Assembly: GCA_905178155.1 (NCBI GenBank)
Contig: CAJINV010000003.1
Span: forward strand, 6,574,156 to 6,628,453
Direction of reading: 5' to 3'
Source of the DNA: Amoebophrya sp. A120
Taxonomy: Eukaryota; Protista; Dinoflagellata
DNA: 54,298 nucleotides
Position 1 is the first letter of the stretch. Each line of letters opens with the position of its first letter. Both the position numbers and the translations under genes were made by a program. Below are positions 23,801 through 35,800 of the stretch, piece by piece. The notes under the pieces were generated by a model that had not been told where the DNA came from, did not search any database, and worked only from the letters and a program-made list of their open reading frames with translations.

Positions 23801-26800
23801 ATCGTGGGGATGGAAAACTGGGATGTGCGACAGGTGGCTATAATGATCCATATGTTCAGGTACAATCCTGTCCTCCTGTTGGATCAGGAAATAAGAAACT
23901 GGAACACGGAAAAATTACAATCCGTTGCGCAAATGTTTTACGCCAGTCAGAAAGCAGATCCAGACCTGACCGGGTGGGATGTCTCGAACGTGATGTCGAT
24001 GAGCCAGATGTTTCATGGTGCAAAGGGCTGGACGGGCCGCGGAGCCCGAAATTGGGACGTTCGGAAGGTAGGCAAGTTTCAGCATTTTCTTCAAGGCGCG
24101 GAGGCCGCGAATCCCGACGTCGAGTTGTGGAACCTAGCGTCGTGCACAGACTTGCGCGTGATGTTCGCGGGCGCCGTGAAGGCCAACCCCGACGTCTCCA
24201 AATGGAACACGTATAAGGTCAACAAGATGGAAGGGGTCTTCTCAGGAGCCACCGCCGCAACGCCCGATGTGCGGAACTGGGATGTCAGCCAGGTGACCAC
24301 TATGATCAACATGTTCCACGGAGCTACACTCGCCCGCCCGTGTCTGACAAGTTGGCGGCCGACGAAGCTGCAAAACATGAACAACTTTCTGAAGGACGCG
24401 TCTTGTGCCACGCCCAATCTGCTGGACTGGGATGTGTCTACCGTGACCACCTCGACCGACTGGGCCACCGGTGCGGGAGTGCTCAGCGCTTGCGCCGACA
24501 CGTCCTTCTTCGATAGTGCGGGCGTCGACACGAGTTGCCCAGCGGACGACCCGATTCGTCTGGACGTTACCGTGGCCGCGGGTGCTCAGCTTGAGATTCC
24601 GCTGACTTCTGCCTCAGCGCACGCCTTCACCGTGTGGTGGGGCGACGGAGCCAGCGTCGCCGCCATTCAGGACACGCAGTATAAAACCGGGTCCAGTACG
24701 CAGACGGGTGGGAACGCTCACATGTTTGCCGCGTCGGGGACCTACACGGTCGTCCTGCGCGGTCAAGTTACGGGCTGGACCTCCGCCGCCACATCGGAGG
24801 CGGCTCGCTTGCTGTGGAAGGAAAGTGTAGTGGCTGTCCATGGAATAGGACAGAACGGCCATCTACTGTTCGACCGCTTGTTCGATGGGGCCAGCAAGCT
24901 TACCGCGTTGCCGTCGGCCAGCGTGTTCAACGCTCACATTGCGAAGGTAACCTCGATGGGTGCCATGTTCAAGGGGTGCGCGCTCTTGTCGTCCACCGTG
25001 GTCAACACACTGCTCAGCGGACTGGACCGAACGGACCTGCTCGAAGGTACGGAGCAGATGTTTTGCGACTGCTCGGCTATCACCAGTTTGTCATTCCCCG
25101 CCAATTTCTACACGGGAAAAGTGACCTCGACCAGCTTCATGTTCGAGGGATGCAGGAAACTGGAGACCTTAACTGGTCTTGGTTTGTGGGACGTGCGCGA
25201 AATCAGGTTAATGAGCGGAATGTTCAAAAATGCGTTGGCGCTGACATTGACCAACGAAATCCAGGGCTGGAACACGCAAAAAGTCACCGATTTGTTCCTG
25301 ATGTTTATGGATGCCCAGAAGGCGAATCCAGACCTGACCAACTGGGACGTCAGCCAAGTTGTCAGTATGAATTCCATGTTTCAAAATGCGAGAGCTTGGA
25401 CGGGTGTGGGCCTGGGCACCTGGAACGTGGGGAAGGTGACGGACTTTCACGCTTTTGCGCAAGACGCGGCCAGCCTCGTGAGTCCAAGCATTCAGGACTG
25501 GGATCTGAGCGCGGCCACTTCCCTCAGGAAAATGTTCGCTGGCGCCCAGAAAGCGCGCCCAGACGTAACGAAGTGGAATGTGGGCAAGGTGGAGGGACTG
25601 ACGGAAATGTTTAGAGGCGCTCTGCAGGCGAGGCCGGATGTGACCGCGTGGAATGTGCAGGCCGTGACGAACATGGACGAGCTGTTCAAGAGCGCCCCCG
25701 TCGCCGTGCCCTGCCTCTCGAAGTGGCGACCCACGAAGCTGACCAGCATGGCCGGGATGCTGCACGGGGCGACGTGCGCCACGCCAAACATTGCGCAGTG
25801 GGACTTGTCGCACGTCACGGAAGCAACCGACTGGCAGACCGACGCGGGCGTCCTGTCTGCATGTGCGGACTTGTCGCACTTTGACGCCACCTCGGGCCAG
25901 GATCTGTCCTGTGCGGACGACGATGCTTTTCGGGTGCAAATCGGGACCACGGCAGGGGCCGAAAGCGTCGACCTGCCGTTGGCCGTGGAGGCAAGTTACG
26001 CTTACACCGTCTACTGGGGCGAGCTTGGCTACGAAGTCAGCAGCGTGGCGGATGCGGTCGTGAACGGACAACCGCAGGCCGGGGCTAGGTACCGCACCCA
26101 CACCTACAGTGCGGTGGACCAGGCGTTCCGCATCACTGTGCGCGGTCGTCTCCCACAGTGGGCTTCGATTCCGGACCCGGATCCGAACTCCGGCGAAGCA
26201 TCTTCTAGCGACGCGCGGCGCCAGCTTCGGGGTGTCGCGGGTAGGAACAGTGATATTATAGATGATCACACGAGGACCACGAAGTGGACGAGCCCGTGGG
26301 GCGGCGTAACAAGCGGCGGGCAATTGGAGAGTGGCGATCTTCGCGAGGGTCGTGCTGAGCCTCGCGCCGCGGTGTTGGCTCCGGTCGTGGTGGAGACCAA
26401 GGAGCAACCGATCACAGATGTGGACCTGGAACAGACTCGTGGGCGAAGTGGTGTGAGCGCGAGCACAAAGAGTGACGAGGATCTGGAAGATCGTTCTCAG
26501 ACCGTGAACGCCCTGGCTCAACATCTCGCACAACAAGACGAGGAGCTGCGGGGAGAGGGCCTTGAAAAAGCGGCAACTATAGGTCCAGATCTTGCTCCGC
26601 GGAGGCTGTCGGTGACAACGACGACGACCGCGCCCGTAGACTTGCTCCGAACCCCTCTGTGTGTGGCCGAATGGGCGGGCGAGAATTTCGGCACGAATCT
26701 GGGTTGGTGTACTAATCAGGAGAGCAATAAGCGGCTGCACGTGAATACGGGTTAGGCATTGCAAATATATGATCTGGGTCTGGAAGCTTGCAAAACTTTT

Positions 26801-29800
26801 CATGCAGGTCTGGCATGACCCAGAAGGTCTGGAAATGGAATGCGATCTCTACCTTCTTCACAATTTTTGCTTGCCTAATCTGCATCAGAAATACCGGTTT
26901 GGCGTGGCCAAACGGGGCGGGTCTTGTTGCTCATGCAATACAGAGTCTCGTACCCTCTCCCAGACCTAGCATGACGACCTCGAGGTGCGTCCTCGGACGA
27001 CGTTGCTACAATCAACGAATCAATCTCCCAGGAGACCTAGCATGACAAACTCCGTCACTTCCAGAGGAGGACCCAGACATAGTTACAATGCATGCGGGTA
27101 ATGGGAACACAGTTATCAGTTGCGACCAGGAGTGCCGTATCAAATGCAAATATGTCTGAGTCTGGAAAAGTGGGGCGCTTGACACGCACATCTTTGTTGC
27201 ACATTTTGTATGACCCAGTATGATGTGTGTGATGTACATGTATGCCATACCATCACAGACTCTTCGTGGGCTTTATCTTGACGCGTATCACGCACGAGAA
27301 ACAAATACTACACAAGTCTGTAAAGAATCAAAAACTAGACTCTCCTTGCTGGGTGTGCAAAAATGCAGATGTTCTTCGATGATTCGGAGGCAGCTGCGTC
27401 GCAAGTTCGGAACCTTTCAGACCGAGACATATTTATTTACACTGCATATGCCGGCGCACAACAGGATGCACCCACTACGTGATGGACAACAGTCAAAGTC
27501 CCATTTCATGCACATTTTACTCGGAAGGCTGTGCCTACGGCGACCGCCCACACGAGACGGTGAACGACGTGGCCAAGAACCTGATCGCGTTTTCTGTTTC
27601 CCGTAATGCAGCTAGCTGCATCGACATGCACGAAGTGCCTCGGCTGGACGACCCAACAACGAAGTGCGCGCACGTGATATTAAAAGGAAAAATCCCCCCT
27701 CCCCATATCAAAACGAAGTTTCTGATGCTGGATTTGTGTACACAAATCCGAGCTGTCTTGCTGGAGAGGACTGCAGGCCCATACCAAGTGTGAGGAGAGA
27801 GGTTTTGACCTAGGCGCTTAGCATGAAAAACGTCCGCGCTGTTGGCCCAACAGCATGACAAACCGCCTGCATAGTGCGGCGGAGCCTGTGGAGTTGCCTT
27901 CTTGCAAGACAGACAAGATTTGTTGTCACAAATCAGCAACACAAATGTCCGAAAACGTACCTTGTTAATATGGGGAGGGGGGATTTTTCCTTAAGATACG
28001 TGATTGAGGGCTGCTCGGCGGCGGCTTCGGGCACGAACGGGCGGGACACGATGACGCTGTACTCCTACCAGGACCGCATTTATGGCCTGGAAGAGTGTCG
28101 TTACCTGTGTGCGATGACGGAGAAGTGTGTGCAGTTTCATGTGAACCGGGACAGCAGTTCTGGCCCGGGGTGCACGTTGCTCAAAGGCAAAAGCTGCACG
28201 AACCAGCCGGACGCGAACTGGCGGGGATACGACCTCGACGCTTGTCCGATAAAAGGGAGCGTCTGTCCCGCCGTGGGGCAAGGCAAGTACGAGGACCACG
28301 GTTCGTGGACGACCACCAGTATCACCCGTGTGACCCAGGCCAGCAGCACGTGGGACACTTTTGTGACAGACTACGACCACTTTTGTCGCGGTCGGGGGTA
28401 CCACCGCGTGTGTGGCACGATTTTCAAGGACGCCGGGGGCGGGGGCATCGGCTCGTTTGGGCAAACAGGCGGGCTGTGGCAGCCTGCGTCCATGTCTTAC
28501 CTGAAATTCGACTTGGCTTTGAACGATCACAAGTGTAAGAAGCACGTGCCTCGGGTCGACGGAACCAGCTGCCCGGTGGCCTTCACTAGTCAGTGCGGAG
28601 GCAACTCCGACGGGTCCCGCAACTTGTACAGCGCCGACAACACAGCAATCTACAACGGGCAGAAGTATTCCGTAGCAGACTGCCGGTACCTGTGCGCCGA
28701 GACGCCGCAGTGCAGCAGCTTCATCCTTCAGGTGTCGGTGGAAGTGTGTACGCTGTACAAGGCGGGCTGCACTGCGGACGCGACCGACTCGGATTACCAG
28801 GCGTACCACCTGGCCTCGTGCAATCTGAAGGACGAGGGCATTGTTGGTAGTTTCGTGCCCGTCCGTTCGCTGTCGGACACCTACCACTCGCGGGCAGCGG
28901 TTCCCGGGAATGTTCTGTGGCGTCCGGAATACGATTTCACCCCTTCCTCCGACCACCACGAGGAGGTTTTCGTAGGGCAAGGAGGTTACTGTTCGCAGTT
29001 CAAGTATTGGCACGAGCTCGAGTTTCGCGACGGTGCGGCCCACTTCGTCACAGGGGTTATGCTTTTCAACCCGGCTGGCGGATTTCTAGCAACCGTGAAC
29101 CAAATCGAACACAGTTTGGACGTATCGAGTGCAAATATGGTGCTTCGGTCTGGAAGATTGCAGAAGTTTGTCATGCAGATTTTCCATGCCCTACAGGTAC
29201 AGAGTCTGAGATGCACCTGTATGCTAGCAGAAGGCTAGCGGGCTGTCGACTCCAAGGAACGCGTTGACCCCTGGTGGTCCGCACCGGTGTGATAGGCCCT
29301 TAGTTGAACTACGTGCGCGAAGTGGCTTCGTTCTAGGAGTGGGCCCATCCGTTCGGTCCTTCGTAGTTAGTCCCCCAGCGGGGTTCGCCAATATGTATAG
29401 GCGTTGGGTTACCCGGTCGGCAAAAAGCACTACAGCCGATCCCACGATGATGATGATGATGATGGTTTAGTGGTTTAGCATTGCAGATCTTGCAAAGTCT
29501 TTGCAGTGCCTATCTTGCGGCAGGAATCCCCTGTCAACATGTCCCAAAGCGGATGTCTTTTTTTTGTGTGACTCACATGATGCGTGGTCACAAGTTTGCA
29601 ATCTTCCAGGCCCAGACATACTTGCACTGAATAGAATGGCAGCAGTTGGACGACGGTGAGTACGGGCACGTTGTCGGCCACGGGGACGTGGGTGACGCTG
29701 AACCAAAATATGAGAAAACTGCGGGTGTCGTCCAGCACTGTCAGCCCGGCGCACAATTGGCAGATTTATTGCGGTATTTGGGTCTACGAGACCACTACGA

Positions 29801-32800
29801 CCACAACCACCACTAACTTGTTACACACGGTGACCACACAGTACGCGGACATAAGTCACTTGCCGGATCCGCTCTGCCCGGTCGCATTCCAGGGCCCGTG
29901 CACCCAGGATTCTTCCCTGAAGATCACTGATTCGTCGCTACCTGGCGGCGGCGGAACCGAGCTGCGCCAGGCACAGGACGGGGCAAGCATTGCGGCGTGC
30001 GACGCGAAGTGCCGGGCATTGGCCGCCTCAGGTGTTTCCGGGTCAGAATGCGCCTCGTTTTGGTGGGACGCAGACGCGTCGAACCCGCACTGCAGCTTCT
30101 TCCGGGCCGGTTGCCAGGAGATGGGGAGTAAGACTGGTGGGACTTATGGGCAGCTTGTGCAGTACTCGTTGCAAAAGAATAGAGATCTGTGCATCAGTAA
30201 GCATGAGGTCCCAGAAGTCGACACTGCCGGCTGCAGTCCCACGTACAACGGTGGGTGCACGCCGCCCGGTGGCTCCGTGGAACAAGAACTGCGCGTGGGC
30301 ACCTATGCTGACCGTTCTTACACGCTTGACGAGTGCCGCTGGTTGTGTGCAATGACGGAGGGATGTGCGTCGTTTTTCGTGCACACGAGCACCGGGGTGT
30401 GCGAGGCGCGAAGGGCCGGGTGCACCGCGGATAGTAGCACAAGCGCGAGCATCCAGGGCTACGACTTGGCGGCCTGCCGGCTGCAGGGCCAAATCTGTCC
30501 CGCCGCCTGGGGCGGTTGGTGCGCGGAGAAGGATGTGTTGCAAATTCCGTCGGGAACCATCACAACGGTCGACCAGGCGGCAACACTGAAGGACACTCGG
30601 GTCGCCGACTTGGATCTTTACTGCCGGGGACGCGGGTATGCTGCGAACTGCACGTCTGTGTCGCGCAACCAGTTCACGGGACATGTGTCCTACTTCAAGG
30701 ACGGCTGCTCTCCGGACTACACCGCTTGGAACCAGGTGCAGTGGAGCCTGGTACTGAACAAAGTTAAATGCCGAAACCCGGGTATCGAAAGGAAAAATCC
30801 CCCCCCCATATCAAAACGGAATTTCTGATGCTGGATTTGTGGGCGTGGGCGAAACTGGTACCGCTAAGAGGAAGTGGAACAGTCAGCGGCCCGAACTCAT
30901 CGGTTTTGTGCACACAAATCAGCGTCGTATTGCAGAGATGAATTGCGGCTAGATCCCCAGGCTAGGTAGGGGCGTATGGGTCTAGTTGTTCAGCATGGCA
31001 AACGGCTCCCCTTTAGGCCCAACAGCGTGGCCTTCGCTTTCATAATGGGGCGGAAGCTTCTGCCCTTGTCTTCTTACAAGGTAAATGTGATTTGTGGCCG
31101 TAAATCAGCAACGCAAACTTTCGGAAACATACCTGTTCAATATGGGGAGGGGGGATTTTGCCTTGTGATCCCGGGGCTCGTTCCGCGCGTGGCCAGCTGC
31201 AACTCTGCTTTCCAGGGCTACTGCGCCAACTGGAAGGACAAGATGATTGGGGCCGGCGTTTACTACAATGACCGGGCGTACACGATCGCGGAGTGCCGCT
31301 ACTTGTGCGCCGAGACGCCCGAGTGCGGCGGGTTTTTTATGAAGATCGGGATCAACGACTGCAGTCTGTTCAAGGAGGGCTGCGACAAGACGATTGAGCT
31401 GCCCCGGGATCACCACCACTACCGGATGGCCGAGTGCGGTCTGAACAGTGTGGACGAACAGATTACGGGGGCCTATGTCTCGTTCGCGGCGTTGAAGGCC
31501 AGTTTGTCGGGCACGAGTGACGCAGCAGTGCACTACGGCGCGAAGGCGTTGACCCAGCGTCGGGAGTACGACTGGTCGACCCACACCTCCAGCAGCGCCG
31601 GAACGTCGTGCCTGGTCGCGACGCAAAACTCCGGCGTGGGATGGTGGGAGGCGGAGTTTCGGGACAACATGTTTCACAACATCACAGGGCTGATGCTTTT
31701 CCAGCACGGAACCTCGGGGGGCTGCAGTGCCGCGAACGCGCCCACGACCTCATCAAGAAGAAAAATCCCCCCTCCCCATGTCAAGACGGAAATCTGTGAT
31801 GCAGATTTGTGGTCACAATTGTCATGCTAGACGAAAAAAGTAGATGCGGACTGTAGTGCTGGGTGGCGTGGGAAAGCCTTGCATCTTCAGCATGACAGGA
31901 GGCAGCTGCAAGTGGGAAAGAGCATGACAATTGGCCTGCAAACGAGGCCGCAGCTGCGGCTCTTGTTGGCCTTCTCGCAATACAAGTCGATTTGTGTAAG
32001 TACTCAGATACAGTAACAGTGTCACAAGTTTCGTTTTCGGTATCGGGAGGGGGGGTCTTATTTCCTTTTGATAGCCCTTATCCTACGAGGGCGTGTCCGA
32101 CGGGGACGGAACGACCCCAACGACGTTCACGCAGGATCTGGGCTCGCTCGCCGAGACCGGGACCTGGGTCGAGGTGGGACGAAAAGCGAGCAAGTTGCGG
32201 CTGAGTGTGGCCGGGAACAACCTATGCCTTTGCGGAGTTTGGGTGTACGAGATCCCCGGGGCTGCAGGCGGCGCCGCCGCCTCTTCCACGACCGCGGACG
32301 CCTCTGCGCAGGCGCGAAACTACAAGGCCTCCATTCAATCGCTGGCGTCGCTGGGCACCAACGCGAGCGGGCTGTTTGAGAACCTGTTCCAGGGCTGCAG
32401 CAACCTGACGACGCTGCCCGACCCCGCGGTCTTCGCGCAGCACTGGGACGCGGTCAGCTCCGCGGCCAACATGTTCTCGGGGGCGAGCAACCTGGACTCG
32501 AGCGCGGTGAATGCAGCACTCGGCGGCTGGACGATGTCTTCTGTCACCAACATGACAGGGATGTTCAAGGGCACGACAAAGATGACGGGCGGCCTGTCCA
32601 TCATGAATAACTGGGACATGAGGAAAGTGGTTTCCTTCCGCGGGATGTTTGCGGCCTCGCGCATTTCCACGTTGGCGAGTATCACCAACTGGGACGTTTC
32701 CGGCGCCACAGATTTTTATCAACTTGAGGAAAAATCTCTCCGCCCCATAGTGAAAAGGTACCACAGGAGGGAAATTTGTGTTACTGAGATTTGTGTACTT

Positions 32801-35800
32801 ACGCAAGAGCATGAGCCAAAGAAAGCACTGGGCAGCAGGCCATCTGCAGGGCGTTTCAGCCTGCAGCAGCAGCGTCTGTCATGCTGGTGAAAAGCTAGAC
32901 TTCTAAAAACTTAGATAGGCCCAGCATACTCCTCCACTCTGTTTCTCCAAGACAGAACTGTGACAACAAACCTGCGTCACAGGTTTTCCCTAGGAATATG
33001 GGGAACAGGGCGGGGGATTTTTCCGCGCGATAATTTTCACTCCATGTTCAAGGACGCCGACACGCTGACGCTCACCGAGGAGATCGAAGACTGGAATCTC
33101 GCGCAGGCGAAGATTCTTACCTCGATGTTTGAGGGCAGCGACCTGGTGAATCCCGTGGTCGCGAAGTGGGACGTGTCCAAGGTGCAGCACTTCGACTTTG
33201 TGTTCAGGGACACGAGTGCGGCCACTCCGGACGTGAGCAGCTGGCAGGTGGGCAGTGGCGAGACGTTCGAGGGCATGTTCGCGGGGGCGAAGAAGTCCAA
33301 CCCTGCGGTGGGGGCCTGGAACGTGGGCAAGGCGACCCGGCTCTCCTCTCTCTTCGCCGACAACGAGGTTGCCACGCCCGACGTTGCCACCTGGGAGACT
33401 GGAAGCGCGGTGTACCTGGATGCGGTGTTCGCGAACGCGACGTTGGCGGATCCGGACGTGCGCCTGTGGGACGTGTCCAAGGCGGTGCTGCTCAACTGGA
33501 CCTTTTCCGGGGCCGTGGTCGCGTATCCTAAGTAAAAACGTCCCCACCCCAGAGTTGTCATACAGATTTGCANNNNNNNNNNNNNNNNNNNNNNNNNNNN
33601 NNNNNNNNNNNNNNNNNNNNNNNNNNNNNNNNNNNNNNNNNNNNNNNNNNNNNNNNNNNNNNNNNNNNNNNNCACAGTCCAGAGTGGTAGGCGATTTCCC
33701 TTTGTGTTTTTGCAATACAAGAAAAATTTGCCACTCGAGACAAATTTCTGATGCAAAACCTCCTAAGCCTGGGGTTTCTTTTTGATGGGACGTGGACGCA
33801 TGAAGCAATGTTTGCCAAAATTTTTGCAGATGCAAAAAAGGAGGCCGGGGTTGTTATGGGGCTAAAGACACTGCGAGTAACAGCGAAGTGCGATGTCTTC
33901 CGAGCTCTTTGCTATTCTGCTTTATCTTCGAATGGATCTCCGCAATATCCTTTTTTCCGAAAAAGCGCCAAAATTGATCTGGAAGAGCTTATAGCAAACA
34001 GGCTGAAAGCGATTCTGAATCTCCCGAAAACAGCCCCAACAACAGTCATGTTTGAATCATCAGGATTATTGAGACCGCACTTGATGTTTTTGATAGAAAA
34101 TCTAATGTTATTCTATCGAGGAAAATCCCAGGGAGTATGGGACGTAGAAGGCGAGACTCTGGATCAGGGACATCAGCAGTACTTAGAAGAAGCAAAGACG
34201 TGCAATCCGATTGCCTTTGACCCAATCAAAAATAAGTGGTCCACTGTAATGCGCACGATCTCAGAGATGAGGCTAGATGACATTCATGATGCGGCCAAGC
34301 GGTTTCCAATGAAAATTTTGAAAAGACCATGGAATGGCGTGCGTTTGTATTGTGACACCATGGATGATGTTGGAAAAAAGTATGGCTATGGCCAGCTGTC
34401 AGCATTAGCTGATGAAAATGAAAAAAACCGCATTAGATTTATGATAGCGAAGGATATTGAAAAAGAAATAAGGCAGAAGCTCAAAAGTACTGCAGAGCTG
34501 ATAATTTGCACAGATGGATCGGCAAACCGGGAAGGTAAAATTGGAGGAGGAGGAGGGGCTGCGTGGTGGTGGAGTCAAGAGGTACAGCTTAGCACGACAA
34601 TCAGATCGGTGCAGCCTATTTGTTGCAGTACGTGTGTAGTAAAGTCGCCGGTAAGAGATCTAAAAGTTGACTCTTTTGATACAGAATGCTTTGCGCTGAC
34701 AACACAGCTGAACAAAACAGCTCAAACGTTGACCACCATGGGAAATTATGATCTGATAGAGGAGGTAACAATATACCTAGACCCGAACTCAGTGCTGGAA
34801 GGACTGCAGTGTTTTGGGGAGAAATCGAATATAGTGTTGCTTTTCATTGTCCAGCAGCTAGAGATGTTGCGCAATGTGGTGATGCAGAGGAAAAGCAGCT
34901 ATCCACTAGAGGCAGGCATGCCGCCAGTGTGTCCAGAGAAAGAAACTAGATTCGTAGCTAGGTGGGTGCCAGGACACGCAGGGTTGTACTTCAACGACGC
35001 GGCGGACTACATTGCAGGGGCTGCGGTGAACAGGTTTAGGAGGGCGCAAGAGTTAGGATTGGGCTCTCTAGTTTATATGAAAGAATTGACGCCGACAATC
35101 CTGCGGAGGTTGATCACTAACAGAGTGAGATTTCTTATAGGGCCGAAACAATTAGGGGCTGTCTCTGCGCCACAGTTGGTGGAACGTATTAGGGGCCTCG
35201 GCCCATTCAGGCCAGGCAAGAAGGTTTTCCCGGCGAGGTTGCTAGAAATGTACTACTACTACATATGGAGCGGAATAGTGCCTACGGACATTTTGGGAGC
35301 AGGGGTGGGGGAGCACGGAAAAAATGCGAGAGGGGAAAAAACATATCAGCAAGAATGCAAGTTTTGTAAGGAAAAAAGTGCCTCTCATGCAACACGCCTG
35401 ATCTTAAATTGCAAGGTATTCAAGGAAGAGAGGCTCGGAGTGTTTCAGTGCGAGGAGGTGGAGGACACACTTCAAAACGAGAAGGACGTGCTGAGCCAGC
35501 CCCGGCATGTCTTTAAGTTTTTGCTCGAGGCGAATAAGAAGAAGCCAGTTCTGAAGGCCTTTGCTAAAGAAGAGATAGAGCGCAATTTAGAAAAAATAGC
35601 ATTGCAAATTACTCCTCCAGAAAAAAAGAAGACGCAACTGCCCAACGTATTCGAAGCCTCAGGATTTGTGTGCAAGATGATTAAAAATGAACTTTTGATG
35701 GACGTGTAAGATTGGAGCTCTTGTTTTTAGCATGACACTCCCGGGGCAAGATGTCTTAAATGAAGTGAACTTTTTTTTTTTAGTATGAATAGGCAAGGCT

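Noticed and set aside
25208-29043. Long minus-strand ORFs (531 aa, 350 aa and similar ones elsewhere)
   Set aside because: They are antisense shadows of GC-rich coding blocks with no recognisable motifs.
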